Shown: one piece after another, positions 1 through 14,454 of the stretch
Layout: each line of letters begins with the position of its first letter
How positions within the stretch are numbered: the stretch's first letter is position 1
Translations under genes and position numbers: made by a program
The notes under the pieces: model-generated
The model's input: the letters and a program-made list of their open reading frames with translations, nothing else
Database searches by the model: none
Told to the model about the DNA's origin: nothing
DNA from: Octopus vulgaris
Taxonomy: Eukaryota
Direction of reading: 5' to 3'
NCBI GenBank assembly: GCA_951406725.2
Contig: OX597815.1
Location: 105,214,001-105,278,000, forward strand
Length of the DNA: 64,000 nt

Positions 1-1835
1 GGGTCTCACCAGCGTGACATAGAGTGGTAGGAATATGGCTGCTGTGAGCATTCCGAATGACCGTCGAATCAAGAACAGAATTCCGCGTGCTTTGTTGGCA
101 GCATGGACGCACTGGGCCGAAGGCGAAAAGGAGGAATCCACCAAGATACCCAGGTCCTTTACCTGATCGGTCCTCTCCAGCAGCAGACGACCCGGCTCGA
201 AATCAAGTTGAGTTGCTGGAGGAGAGCCAACAGGCAGATGACAGCACTTTGACACGTTCAGACACAGGTCCCATTCGTTAGACCACTTCCAAATTTGGTA
301 GAGACATCGACGAAGATCCTCTATATCACCGCGAGGAGCGACCAGTTTGATATCGTCGGCAAATAGAAGGGTGTGTTGCGTGAGGTCGTCGAGCAAGTCA
401 TTTATGAAGACTAAGAACAATAAGGGCCCAAGCACTGAACCTTGAGGCACGCCACTGCTCGCACTGGAGACGTCGGACCGCGAACCATTAACTTGGACTT
501 GGAAGGAGCGATCTGAGAGGAAGGCACCAACCCATTGTACAATATCCGGATGGAAACTATATGCTTGAAGCTTGACAAGTAATATGCGGTGGTTTACCGA
601 GTCAAAAGCTTTGGCAAAGTCCAATAAAACGATGTCAACAGCATCACTATCATCGAGGATGCGCGTCACCAATTCTTCCATTACTAGTAAGTTGGTCAAG
701 CATGATCTCTTCGGCACGAAGCCGTGTTGGGAATCAGAGATAGAGGCTGTGTTTTGGAGGTGGAGCATCATACCTTTCTTAAGGATGGTTTCGAACATCT
801 TGCTGATTATTGATGTAAGGGAAACCGGTCGGTAGTTAAGAGGGTCTTCGCGGCTCCCTTTCTTGAAAATTGGGCAGATTATCGCTGTTCTCCAGTCCGC
901 AGGTATAACACCCGTCGCCAATGACATATTGAATAGATGTATTAAGGGCTCGCAGATGACCGGAGCCAACGCTTTGATAACCCGTGGGTGTATGCTGTCA
1001 GGGCCGTGACCCTTGTTGACATCGAGGCCTTGAATAACACGTTTGACTTCGTCCCGCGTGATGACCAATCGAAGCATTGGAGGTACCGATCTATCAAATG
1101 GAGAGGGTTCACGACCATCATCGTGTTTGAAAATAGTTGAAAAAGCCTCGGCAAATAATTGACTCTGTTGATAAGGGTCCTTAATCGATACGCCTGTTGA
1201 GTCTACCAACGTTGCAATCTGGTTGTTCAAGCGGGAATTCCGTTGGACATGGGCAAAGAAGGTTTTTGGATTGCTACTGGCATTTGCCGCGATTTTGTAT
1301 TCATAACTGAAGCGTTCTTCCTTTTCAATTTTCACGGCTCGGTCTCTCGTTGAGTTTTGTACACCTCAAAAGCTGCAGTCGAATCCAGATTTTTGAATTC
1401 AGCCCAAGCAATATCTCTGAGTCGACGTTCTCGTTTAACCTTCTTCGTCACCCAGGGCTTGTGTTTCTTCTTCTTGGGAAGCCCAACGAGAACTGCCTGG
1501 TCAGTCAACCAGATTACATATGCTTTGAGGGATGACCATAGTTTGTCAACTGAGGACAACGTCATCAGGGATCGCCAGTCCAGAAGCGCGGAAGCCTCGG
1601 TTAGAATTTCAAGATTAATTGCAGAGAAGACTCTACGTGGCAGCGAAGTAGTCGTGGGCGTAGAAAAAGTTGTGTGCATGACGAGCTTCAGGACCGCATG
1701 AGGGGCGCACACAGATACGTCTGACACTAATCTTGGATAGCGGGAGAATTCCAGATCCAACATAGATGGCTGCTGCCCAGACCGATGCCTTGTCGGATAT
1801 TCAACATGTTGCGATAGAAAACAATCTTCAGCTAC
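1..1835 (-). mobile_element. CR1/L2-group LINE ORF2 remnant (end of APE endonuclease plus reverse transcriptase), frameshifted, runs off window start
   Basis: Minus-strand translation gives CFLSQHVEYPTRHRSGQQPSMLDL (APE C-terminus), VLLDFAKAFDSVNH, GVPQGSVLGPLLFLVFINDL and LLFADDIKL (RT motifs). GC content is higher than the flanks. Confidence 0.9.
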
Positions 1836-3636
1836 ATGTTTAACTTAATTTTCTCAAAACCAGAAAAATACATAAAACATGGTTTAGTAACCACGAAATC
1901 AACTTGTTTGGATTACGCGAGCTATCAGATATGTTTCAGGAAGAAGTTCAATTACATATCCCTAAACATGTTTGAAAGAGGTATAAGATTAGATTTTAAT
2001 CCATAATATCTTTCACATCGAAAAGAAATTTATACACACATCATATTATATTATATTGTATTCAATAATCTGTATTTTTTTTACCCTTTGACTGGTTCCA
2101 GTCAATAGACATGACCATGCAATGTTACTGCTCTCTAAGGCTTTTAGTTGAGTGTTTGGTCCATAGTCCGATACTTGTTAAATGTTATGATTGCAGCGCA
2201 AATGTTTTAACCTCATAGCTGGGCATGATATATTTCATTAAACACCTATCTTAAATCCGATAAAAACAAGAAAAGGAAGCAAAAGAGTACACTCCCAATT
2301 TGTAAGTCCAAAATCTTTCTTATTCTCAATCTTCCCAGCCACGATACAAAACATATTTAACATGAATACTGCTACCATTTTGTTAATATCTTTCCTTAAA
2401 ATATTAATATTATCAGGAATTTTCAGTAATAGAGGGATGCCTAGGTCAATCATTAATAATTACTTTGAATACTGAATTCTAATCTCAATGGTATTCTGTG
2501 TTCTCTGAGTGTAAGGAATATAAATCAATGATCTTACGTTAATATGAAATATTATTTTTAGTACAACCAACTAGGGCGCTCGACCAGCTACAATATCTTA
2601 CAATTGTCCATACTCGCCCTGCAAAAAAAAAAAAATGATTGACAGAGCATATTAATAATGTTGTTCCAGATATGCTGTATCTGAAAAATTTGAAATAACC
2701 ATGATTGGAAACGTCTAGGCTGCTCAGTTAGGCTTACATAAGATAAATCAACAACAGTAATAATAATGTTCACTAAAATGCTAGGTTATTTTATCAATAC
2801 ATATTACTCAGTTACATTATAATTTAGAAAGTTTTTCGAACATTTTGTATATTAGATTGACAGAACATTTAGAGCAACCGAAAACGCACTGCGATTATTG
2901 TTGAGGCTATTTATGTTCTGAGTTGAAATCCTATCATGATTAATTTTGCTCGTAATTTTTCTGGAATTGGTAGAATAAAGTACTAATCAAATACCGGGGG
3001 TGAGTTAATTGACTTCCTTTCTATCGCAACATGCAAAATGACTGCTTTTTAACCTTTATAAAGTAGAAAGATATAATACATATGTTTGTTAAGTGAGTTA
3101 TGTGCCTAGATTAGAGAATAATATTTAATCGTAAATATCAATTATTTTATCAACCCCGGAATGATTAAATGAATGTCAACTTCGACTAAATCAGAACAAA
3201 CAGAAAATCGCTAGCATTTAATCTGCAAATCATTCAGTTTGATTTCTACCAACTATATACGGTGTAAATAATAAACTACAGGTAGATCAATAAAACATCC
3301 AAATTTTTTTGTCGTTATGTCCCCAGCTCAACCTTCGCTGAGAAAACTTACTAGGAACGGAGTTCAAATCATAACCACTTCAACTTATTAGGCGTACCCA
3401 AACTATATTTTCGAATGTATCCTTTCTCAGTTATCTCAGTCTTGTAAGTTTGCACAAACAAAAACTGTAGAAGTCCGTCGAATGAACTGAAGCTGTTTTT
3501 CATATGGCCGATTATGTCATACAATCTACACACGATGATTTAACCTGAAATTTGCTTGAAGGGTACACTTTTCTCATCCACGTAAGTTGACGGAAACTGT
3601 ACAACTTCAAAACCTAGGTAGATCCATTTTCTGGTT

Positions 3637-4025
3637 CACAGCATAGTTGTATAGTAAAATGTTTGCTTCCCAACCACATGGTTCTGGATTCAGTGCTACA
3701 GCGTGGCACGTTCGGCAAGTGTCTTCTATTAAGCTTTGTGAGCGGATTTAGTAATCGAAATCTAAAAGAAGCCTGTCATGTGTGTGTGTGTGTGTGCGTG
3801 TGTATGTGTGTGCGCGTGCGTGCGAGTGCGTTCGAGTGAGCACGTGCTTTTGTGTTTGTGTCTGTATCATCACCGCTTGACAATCGGTGTTAAATTGTTT
3901 ACGTCCCCGTGACTTAGCGATTCGACAACGAGAAACCGATAGAAAAACATTAGGGTCGATTTGTTCGACCGAACCTTTCAGTAGTGCTCCAGCATGTCTA
4001 ATGAGTAAAGCAAGTAAAAGATAAA
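3637..4025 (+). mobile_element. tRNA-derived SINE, family B (decayed)
   Basis: Box A/B head (tgtatagtaa...ggattcagtgc), internal (TG)n and 3' tail gtgctccagcatg...aagtaaaagataaaa. Homologous to 25718-26100 and 62836-63221. Confidence 0.85.
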
Positions 4026-4689
4026 AAATGCATACCTACACGAAAACTTTCATCTAATTATAAATGTCGCTACACAATTATGTACAGACTAAATAAGCGG
4101 AATTGTAAATCGATGATATGTACTGAATATATCATATTATCTTTCAGGATATATATTTAATTACGTGCAATGACTAAAACAAATTTACTTTAAATAATTT
4201 CGTTGACTTGTAATGAAATGTAAATTCCATCATTTTGTTCACGGACATCTAGAGTGAGTGCTGCTAGATATCATAACAAAAACTGTGTATGTCTGTGTCT
4301 TTTAAGAAACCTAGTTTTAATTGAGTTAAGTTACTGAGGTATTTTTAGGAATAAAGTAGTAAATTGATATATAGATAAATAACACAAAAACTAAAATGAG
4401 TGACGGTAATGATCTTGATGTCTGTTAAAAAAAATAACTATGCAAAATGAGAAATTATTTAGCATAAAATATATCAAATCCACAAACACATCAGCTAGAA
4501 ATTGTCAATTTGTCGCCGCAAAAAATACATACATACTCATTCACGTGCAAACACTCACACATATACATATAGAGATCCTTTGACATTTTCTATCCAATGG
4601 CTTTTAACGCAATATTTATACGCAATTAACTATAGCTTTATTTGTTTCGAGATCCACCGTTCCCAAAAAAAATATTTATATATATATAC

Positions 4690-6620
4690 TGAAAAAGGTT
4701 CACAATGACTTCTAGAATGTGTCGGTGATTGGCTGGAACTCACAGTGAGTTGTGTAGTCTTAACGATTATATGTTCAGGTACATCTTGTGGGGGAAGTAT
4801 GACCAATGCCGGAGTTATCCAACATCTTAAAAACAAGAAACTCCGAAATTCACTAACGGCTCACCCCTATCCTAGTAAATTAATTCAACATAACCCCTAA
4901 CTCCATACATATACACCAACTGACTCCCATAACAGACCCTCATAGCTACAACTATAGTGCCATTGCTAACACCCAACCATTAAATTTACTACAACACTCA
5001 AATATGCCTCCTGCCATAATAGAGAATACTACAAAGGATACCACCGGACACAATAATTATCATACCATACAACCCCTTAGCAATTGATAACCTTAGACCA
5101 ACTATAATAACGATTCCTCACTAAGTAACAATCCCCTCACAAGCTCATCCAGAACACCGCCTACAAACATATGCAGCTGCAGACATCCAACCTCCTGTAG
5201 TTTAGATTATCGCTGTCTCACTAAAAACATAGTTGATATGTGCACAGTATCAACTAACAACTGCAACTACATTTACATCGGCTCATGTAGCACCACTTTC
5301 AAAGCTAGGAAGAGCAATCACAACTCTAGCTTCAAATCCTATACAACATCTAACATTACATCGTTATCTCAACTGATCAACAAACTAACGTTTGACTCAA
5401 CTCGTTACATTCTCAAATAGTCCACAATCTTCCAGGCCAAACCTTAAGAAATTAATAAGGCTATTTTGCAATTCACGGACTGTGTCAATGAACCACAGCA
5501 ATATAATATTCACCTATAAACATTGGAAGCTAAATCTGTTCTCAAAATACCAATAATTACAACCCCACCCCGCTCTTGTTTCCCCATAACTCTCATATAT
5601 TATTTTTCCTACTCATCCACCCTCACTACCACTGCGTATTAAACCAACAATATTTTATCCTCCCTTTTAATTCCTTAATCGCCAGTTACAATTTTCTATC
5701 TGTATTTTTACTTACTACCTAAAATATTCTTCTCTCTGTATTTTTCTACTCCCTCCACTCCTACTCTTCCACCCGTAAACGTACAAATACATAATACGTA
5801 CTCCAACATATAACTTCACCAATTGTTTTTTTGTTGTTGTTGTTTTTCTTGTACCAATTTACACCCGTTGACCACTAGCTGTGCTTAAACTCTCCACCCT
5901 ACCGTGCTTTATCCATACATACATTCTTTTTCCCCCACGACCAAATGAATTCCTCACTCTCTCCCCTCCAGTTTCTCTTCTCCTCAAATGCCAATCACAC
6001 TATTGAATTCTGTGATTAAGCTAGGATCTAGTCTTTTTCATTCGCAAAATGAACCTATTTATATTTTCATCAGATTGCTTTCAATTTTGGTGTATCGACG
6101 CAACTTTTAATTACAATCAACCAATTCCTTTATCTCGTAAATTAAAGAAACTGATGTTATTTGGAATTAAAGTTGGGAATTTTGGGTATTTTAGCCAATC
6201 AACAGACAGCGTGGCATTACCAGCTTGTTGATTTTTTACACTTGGTTCTTCACACCACGAGAATTTTTTCACTCGCATGTTTTGTTTTAATTTTTCTGTG
6301 TTAGTATATTACATATTTTTCTGTACTTCTGTGTGTTAGTATTTTTCTGTGCTTTTTCTGTGTTAGTATTTTTACATATTGCTCATTTCATATGTTTTTC
6401 ATATATATTCACGGACTCGTTGATTCAGATAGCTGCATTTATGATTTCACTAGGTTAATTCTATTCATAAAAATTTTAATTAGGGGCATTTCTTAAACCG
6501 TTAGCTTCACATTTCAACAGCTTAACTGAAATTTAGCCCACGTAATAGAAACTGAGAGGGATATCGTGGAACTGTGGGTGATACAGAAAATTAGACATTA
6601 TTTTTTGATTCTGCATGCAA
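4690..6620 (+). mobile_element. Penelope-like element remnant (Cys-rich linker plus GIY-YIG endonuclease at about 5170-5520, then 3' UTR)
   Basis: Translation CSCRHPTSCSLDYRCLTKNIV.MCTV...YIYIGSCSTTFKARKSNHNSSF matches the PLE CxC..C..CL linker and GIY-YIG pattern. Contains stops; boundaries approximate. Confidence 0.75.
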
Positions 6621-6924
6621 AAACATATAAGATACAGGTATTTTGTTCCTTGGGACAAATTTTTTGTTGACCAGTACCATTCTTATCGAAGTTTACATCC
6701 AAGCATAAAAACGTTACTCAACTTTGGAGTTTTGGTGACAGACGCCTTCCTCACACACACACACACACACACACACAAATGCATAAAGGTACATATAAAC
6801 TTAGATATGAATACATACATCCACATGCATTTATATGTTAATGATGTACGCAAATACATGACAGGTATACATAATACCGAAATACGCATAAAGTGAATGC
6901 ATGCAGATAAATATATTTATTACT

Positions 6925-7145
6925 TTATTGCTCACAGGAGGCTAAACATAGAGGGGACAAACAAGGACAGACAAAGGGATTAAGTCGATTACATCTACCC
7001 CAGTGCGTAACTGGTACTTATTCAATCGACCCCGAAAGGATGAAAGGCAAAGTCGACCCCGGCGAAATTTGAACTCAGAACGTAGCAGCAGACGAAATAT
7101 CGCCAGGCAGTTCGCCTGGCGTGCTAACGATTCTGCCAGCTCGCA
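6925..7145 (-). mobile_element. tRNA-derived SINE, family A
   Basis: Reverse complement of gcgagctggcagaatcgttagcacgcc...gagttcaaattcgccg...gcctttcatccttcggggtcga. Near-identical to 46375-46604. Confidence 0.92.
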
Positions 7146-7689
7146 GCCCCAAGCAGACAAATATAGTGATATAGCAAATTTTAAAAAAGAATTGAAACAT
7201 ACAATCAATGAAGAGACAAAAGAAACAGTAAGATGATACATGTTGATTTTATTAGGTATTTCTGTTTATTTGGAAGCTCACAATGAACAGGCCATGTCAC
7301 ACACACTAAACTATAAATTTCACAGGGTACAATCTTAAAGTTGACACCGCTCTGCTAAACGCAGAAAATTTCTGTCTCGCTATTAGCTAAAAATACATAG
7401 TTTTTCTGATTTTTAAACCTCAGTAACTTTTCTCCCCGACATCATACCTTCATAGCAATAAGACTGGAAGACTACATTATTCTTTTTTAAAAAATGCATA
7501 TTTTACGAATGAAAAAAAACTAGTTCCTTAAGCTAAAACTACTATATTATCTGTCACCGACCCGTCTAATTCCTCCTTTCTCTCACTCCTTATATTTTAT
7601 TTTATTTTTATCTATTTATTTTTCTTTCTGTTCTTCCTTCCTTTCTATTATTTCTCCCCTCATATATATACTCCTTACATAATGAGCCC

Positions 7690-8068
7690 TCCACTCATTC
7701 TGATTTAATCCTCTTTGCAACAATGTAACCTTTAATCAAGATATCCTTGGGTTGAAGAGTAGCCGGCGGTATACACCTTACTTGGATTTTACCACTTTTA
7801 AGGTTCCACTCGCTATGAAAAATATGTAGCCCGGATTTCTCATACTCCATTCCGTAACTCTTGTATTCTTTTTCGCACACTCTGCAACCATGGTGCCCTA
7901 CTCGGGAATATAAAAAGAACTTTTCTTCAGCTCATCGTTCTTTCGATAAAGGAAAAATATCTGCAACCTTCAGTCTCAATAATCCACTATCGTTCCAGAA
8001 AGTTGGGTTTTTTATATTCATTGCGGATTGCTCGAAGCTAACTTTTTCCTACACCCCGATCCCTGGGA
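7690..8068 (-). mobile_element. Possible 3' fragment of an L1/Tx1-type ORF2 (C-terminal Cys/His region)
   Basis: Minus-strand translation ...GHHGCRVCEKEY...HIF... with stops resembles the CCHC region at the end of L1/Tx1 ORF2. Confidence 0.35.
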
Positions 8069-8070
8069 TT

Positions 8071-8133
<63 letters not shown>

Positions 8134-8158
8134 GTATGTATGTATGTATGTATGTATG

Positions 8159-8190
<32 letters not shown>

Positions 8191-8222
8191 CATGTATGTA
8201 TGCATGTATGTATATAGTTATA

Positions 8223-8408
8223 TACGCAACAACGCGAGGACGTGGAACAAGTATAGTGTTATTGGACGCTCAGAAAAGGAAAGAAAGAAGGACGATTTAA
8301 CGTTTCGAGCGGAGCTCTTCGTCAGAAACATAGAAAAAGAAAAAGGAAAGGTCCAAGGAAGGGAAGACGGAGAAAGAAAATCGCCAACGATACACACGCG
8401 GTCACATG
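8223..8408 (-). mobile_element. Short non-coding Penelope pLTR/retrozyme-like element between microsatellites
   Basis: About 185 bp unique island carrying a hammerhead. Same layout as 63706-63896. Confidence 0.7.
8294..8329 (-). ncRNA. Minimal type I hammerhead ribozyme
   Basis: GUUU-CUGACGA-A-GAGC-UCC-GCUC-GAAA-CG-UU^AAAU: intact core, 4-bp stem II, palindromic loopless stem III. Confidence 0.85.
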
Positions 8409-8446
<38 letters not shown>

Positions 8447-8478
8447 GAGAGAGAGAGAGATGTATGTATGTATATATT

Positions 8479-8531
<53 letters not shown>

Positions 8532-11500
8532 ACATATATGTATATATATATATATATGTATGTATATATATATACACACACATATGTGTGTGGGCGTGGA
8601 GAGAGAGGGGGAGGAGATAGATATATAGATAGTAATGACTCAACAAATTATCAACTCATGCTTTTTGATGACGAACGACGGCAAGAATGCAAAGATTTCG
8701 AAATATACCTCATGCCTTATTGAAGAAGGTTATTTAAATCTCATGCCCCGAGACTTTAGGAATAAATAGATATCCAATGGACCGCGCATTGAAATGGAGC
8801 CCAAAAGCAACGAAATAATGCAGATGAGAAGAGAAAATTTTTCATCAACTAGACATGTGTATAGCTATTATAATAGTGACAAATAAGGAAGGATGAAGGA
8901 ATGTGAGAGACAATGATCGAGAGAAGAAACAAGAAGAAACGCGTTAGCACAATAGATGAAACGTTGACAGTGATGAAAAACCAAAAGGAATACCAGAAAA
9001 CTTTAAAAGCGTTGAGATCGTGTTTAAAAAAAGGTTGAGGGAAATTATACAAAACACACATACATATATTTGGTACGCAAACATACATACCTATGCGTAC
9101 ATGTAACTATACACACAGTTATAAAACGTCACAAATATATGTATTTAACCATGTATACTATATAGGAAAGGGATAAAAGTAACTGAAGTTACATAACTAG
9201 AAATACGTAAACGTAGAGTCGGGCTACGAAAGCGAAAGACGTTCACTAATACCTCGCGACGCTGGAAAACTCAGAGGAAAAATTAATGGGGATTGAATTA
9301 AATCTGCTTAAAAGGGTGGCCTAGCGAAATATCTGGTTACTGGTGTGAATATTGTTTGGAGTGTTATTGCGAACATTATGAACGTGCTTGCAGAAGCGAT
9401 CACCTGGACGACGTCCCGTTTCAAACTTCTAAGGTAATTTCAGAGTTTACACTTAATATAACATGAGATTGGTAGAAGGGCAACCACAGTGTCGTAGACT
9501 TGGAATTAAAGGATCTGGAATTTGTCAGGAGGAAGGCATATTCTAGCAAAATGAGCATAATGTTATTTTCTCAGTATTTCGAAAGTGAGGAAGTGTTAAG
9601 AAAAATTGAATCAGAATGCTTGGATATCGTGGAACATTGGAATGTTTCACATTATCTGGTTGGATAGACGGAATACAAACTTAATTCAACGATGTCAGTT
9701 TTACTCCTACCCCTTATTTCTGTTTTGTGTTGTTTTGTAAATCTTAAGGAATTTTGCATGCTTACCTGTTCAAATATTCATTTCCAAACTATTTAGAAAT
9801 CAAACCTTCATTTTATTTCATTTACATATATTTTTTAGCTTATAGCATTTGACTACTATCCCGACATCTGAAAGAAATTATTGCCACAGTAGTACTTCAT
9901 GCTATTTTGTTGTTATTCTTTTATTCACGACGATGAACGTTATCTCTAGATTATATTCTTGGAAAAGATGGTGTTTCAGTGTCATTCCCACTTTCTCTTT
10001 GGCCCATGACCTTCACACAACATGGATTGAATAACTTTGTGTGAGAAATATCTAACGCACAACTCATTGTACTGAAAACTTATGTTTGGAACGAACAATG
10101 AAACACTTGTTCTGGCTTAACATAGCAGCAGCATTTAAGTACAAGAGACAAGCAATTATTGTACCGATATGGAAGTCAGATTCATACAAACTATTACCTA
10201 CTTCAGCGTGTGCAACATATGTACAAATGAAGCCGTTGCGTCTTACCACCGCTTACATATCTCTAATACAAGCAAACCTAGTCACATTCTCCTATTCATC
10301 TTACTTTTTGAGAGAGGATATAAATCAGTCAAAATATTATAATTTTATTAAATGCGTATGGAAAAGAATTTTAGTAATTATTCTTATGTATATTTAATAT
10401 TCTACACAGATAGAACATCTTTTGTCAGCTCAGACAATGAATTTCAATACCAAAACTAAGTTTGCTTCTTGACCCAATATCTGAATTCATGGAGGAATTG
10501 CCTGCTGTGACTGAGGTTAAACAAATGAACTATACTACCCATCACAAAGGCGCGCACGCAAATATCAAAACAAGTCTAGCTTTACCACACATCCTCCTTC
10601 ACCTCCTTATCTTTATCATTCCTTTCCTTCTTTCGGTCACTTTCTATTCCTCCCTATCAAATACACTCAGAACTTCCCATATACCCCATGTTGCTCAGTA
10701 TTTGGTGTTAACCAGGATGTTATTACAAAACAAACGATCATAGAATTTATCAAGATTATCGACTCGTCAGGGTAGATTAAGCTCAAGGTCCTCAATTTAA
10801 AATGTCATGGTTATTAGTTAATTAACTTTTAATGATTTCGAAATGTGTAAATATTACTATTTGGGACGTAATATTGACTAAAACGATAGTGTTTTGAGTG
10901 TCACATGAAATATTTTATTACATCGCAGGTGGCGTTTGTTTTATGAGACACTTATACACATATTCAGTTTTGAATAACAATTATATACCTAAATATAATA
11001 AACGCCCGTTTTTGATTTAAATTAACTTATTTATTGATAAAGTTCGATACAGTTTTTTGCAGTCTTCGACTATAACGCCCGTATGAGAATGTTAAAAATG
11101 AAAAAGGCGAGGAAGAGATCGCGGTGAGAAGTGAAACGAAAAGTTCTGGAAATAGATAGTTAGAAAACTATTTAGCATTACAAGATAAAGAAATGTGAAA
11201 TAGTAAGGACTGTTTAATAATTATTTCATAGAGAATTATATAAGAAAATGAAAATCACTCCTAATAAAGCTCATTTGGAAATTGTAACAATTTCTATGCT
11301 GCTTTTGTCCCCATTATTATCTCCCTCACCTATTAACAAGCATCATGTTTCTTTTTCAACTTTATATTTAATTCCATTTTAAAATTTAATTTTCATTTGC
11401 TTATCTTCCAGTTTTACTTCTTTTCAGAATTTGGCTGACATTAGGTTAATAGTCCAACACAATTCTTTGATCAGTAACCTAAACTATTCTTTAACAAACA

Positions 11501-12571
11501 TTACTAGAAGTAGAAAATGTTTGTTGAGTTTTCCTGTTTGTTGTATTATTTTATATTAATGATACCAATTCAAATGAGATAATTTCAATAGAACATTTAA
11601 TATTTTATTATATGCTTGAAGCCGTTTCCATGTATAAATATTTACTTTTGTAGGCGTTAATAAGTAACGATAACAACGAAATATTATAGCATTCCAGCAA
11701 TTTTTACGAACGATAAGTATATCGGAAGAATTTGCTCTACTACGAGTAAATATCGGAGGAAAAAATTCTGACTTCTGTTTGTAATAGTATATTTTAAGGA
11801 TTAACATATAGGCATGGTATTTTGTTGAAAATAGCCAAATGCGTATGAGGTGGGGTGGTAATGATAAGAATATAGCAATGAACAGAAAAAGTAAGTAGTG
11901 AAAACAAAATTCATGCAATGGCATGAAGAAAAAAACAGAACTAGATAAATTAAGACTTAAATTCATAGAGAGATCAAATATACAGCAGGAATGGAGCAAA
12001 TACTATGTAATCCTATTTCATATATGTTACGACTGAGAGGAACTGGAATAATATCATTCTTGCTGTTAATCCAGCCTTGGCCACCCTATCTTTTTCCAGT
12101 TTGCATTATTGAATGGATCTTCGAATGGACCCTTCTGTTTGTAAGGTGGTAGAAGGTGAATTGTGGAAGATCTAATTGCTATTTCTAGTAGATCTGTCGA
12201 CAACGTGTAGAATATCTCTCATCCACTCGAGATGTTAATATATTACTCATAGATGTGTACAGGTGATGAGAAAAAAGAAAATTATTTACCTTCGTATATT
12301 TCCGGGAATACCATCGTATCCGCCTATGGCATGACCCCTAACCTTACACCTTCAGACAACTCATCATATTGTGTAGAGAAGATGACGGAGGTAACTTAAA
12401 TGATTGAAAGAAACCAGTGAAAGGAGAGGAAAAAGAAGAAAAAACACATTCTTACAAAACAAGCTGTGATAAGAATATATATATTGCAGGCAGGAAAGTA
12501 AAATTCGAACGCAATAAAGCTGTAAGGACATTAAAGAAAGACTAGGTATTTAAAAATTCGGTATTTACCCT

Positions 12572-12775
12572 TATAAGACGGAAAAAAGTTGCCAGCAGGC
12601 AGCTACAAGACTCGAATCTGTAACTATCAGATATCGACTGGGTGTTCTAACCATTAAGCTAAACGATCCCTGACAACAATTACCGTCAATTTTAAGATAT
12701 GTGAGAGGTACGATATCCGAGGGGTACGGGTTCAAGCCTTGCAGCCGCGAGCTGGTAGCTTTTTTCCGTCTTATA
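12572..12775. repeat. Inverted pair of tRNA-like (Pol III SINE-like) units
   Basis: tataagacggaaaaaagttgccagc at the left end is the reverse complement of gctggtagcttttttccgtcttata at the right end. Each arm has a T-loop-like (g/a)ttcRag and ends in T6. Confidence 0.7.
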
Positions 12776-14280
12776 GTATTCGGCTAAAGAAAGCTACTAT
12801 TGTTTGCGATAGTAATCGAAGAGGAAAAACTTCCAGATCATCTCTGCTAAATGTCACTTCGAAGAATCACAGCTAGCTTTTTTGTTTTTGTTGACGTATA
12901 TGTAGCTTCAAAAGGCCTTATTTTACAACTATGAGATGTATTGTTATTGTTATGATTTTATCTTACTATAATCAACAACAAACAAAATAAAAATCTTTAT
13001 TAGATAAAAAATAACATTATCAAAACGTGAAGGTAAAACATAACAAATACACCGGAAAATATGGTAAATGTAGTGGCAGTGACAGATTTACTCGCTGGTT
13101 GCTAGTTGATAGTGTAGGAGGGAAGGAAAGAGTAAAGAATGAACGGAGCTGACTAGAAAGGAAGAAAGAATAAAGGTGGTTCTCTCGCCATGCGAATAGA
13201 ACACTTTAACACGAAATAACCTCTAAAATATCAAACTTTGTCAAAAACGTTCAGAGTAAACTGTGTTCTACGTGAGAAATTATACCAGTATTCCAAGTTT
13301 CAAGCTGCTTAGTTTAAAAAGATATTTAAAAAATCTGTGATTGAGACGGAATAGATCCTGTGTTATTTAGGAATTGACTAGGACCACATGATTTTAAAGC
13401 GAACTTCTTAAACACCCAACCACATTCTACGCAGAAACTTGTATATTAACAAATGATTTGTAGGTGTAAAATAATTTTCTAGCTGATGTTGCAAGCTATA
13501 ATTATTTATTAAACATTAGTATGATAAAGGAGGTTTTCTGTAACTTTGAGTGTTTTCGCGGAAACCATTCTATTGCAAGTATTAAGGTAAGATCGCTACT
13601 TCTTTTACTCTCTAGTCCATGAGTCCTACTCACTGATTCATGTCAGCAGAACATTTCCTTTGACTACGCTATAAATAATGTTTAAAACATGGTATCCCTG
13701 ACGAAACTGTTACATTATCATTATGTCTTACAATTCCATTTTCCACACGAACAGACATCTCATAACAGTCTCCACTCCACCACCGCTATACACACTCACA
13801 TACCTTGTGTAGTCAGATGTAGGTCTTGTAACCAAATACATAAACAGAGATGGTGTTTTTATATTGTAGCCCTCAAAGTTTCTTCTCTAAAACTGATTGC
13901 TATCTTGACGAATGTTTTCGATTGATAGTAACCATCTCGATCGAATGATTGTAACTATAAAGCTCTAATTTTTTTTCTGCTGAAATCACAAAACGTTTGC
14001 TATTTACAATCCTATTGTTTATAGAAAGCTCATATGACCTACTGAAATGGAATCCGATAAGCATCCTTTCCTCCGAAGTGAATAGGGTTAATTATGTTTT
14101 AAAGCTAATTACACATTAAAGATAGTTGCGATTAATCAAATGATTTCATGTAATAGATTTATCAGAGATAAATGATTGACAACGTCCTTTAAAACATTGT
14201 TACTGAGAGGGAAAACAAGTGTTTCTTCATCTAAACAAAATTTTCTCTTTAACTACACCAAATTTTATCTTTTGTTCCAG

Positions 14281-14306
14281 GTGATATATTCTGTGTGAAT
14301 TTTCTG
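14281..14306 (+). other. Candidate 26-nt micro-exon
   Basis: Pyrimidine-rich acceptor ttttatcttttgttccAG and perfect donor GTAAGT. One frame is open (xDIFCVNFL). No partner exons identified. Confidence 0.3.
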
Positions 14307-14454
14307 GTAAGTTTAATCGATGGATTTTATAAGAGCTTCCTGACTTCGATTACTTTTTCACTTAAGAACAGATTGTAATTTTAATATTTATAACAATATA
14401 TCTGTGTTTGAATTACAAGTTCTTGAGAGTTTGAAGAATATTTGGTAAAGATTT

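Noticed and set aside
6551-6600. Hammerhead relics at the ends of the first PLE (also about 4688-4728)
   Set aside because: Too degenerate (core deletions) to call, although the position is suggestive.
8028-8723. Long ORFs rich in Y/I/C/V/M/H/T (also near 25.1k, 26.0k, 37.5k, 48.0k, 55.3k, 59.9k and 63.2k)
   Set aside because: They are translations of (TA)n, (TG)n and (TATG)n microsatellites, which lack stop codons in some frames.
9200-9720. Very decayed LINE RT remnant (also about 36.3-39.0k and 48.25-48.8k)
   Set aside because: Only vague motif traces are visible, not supportable without a profile search.
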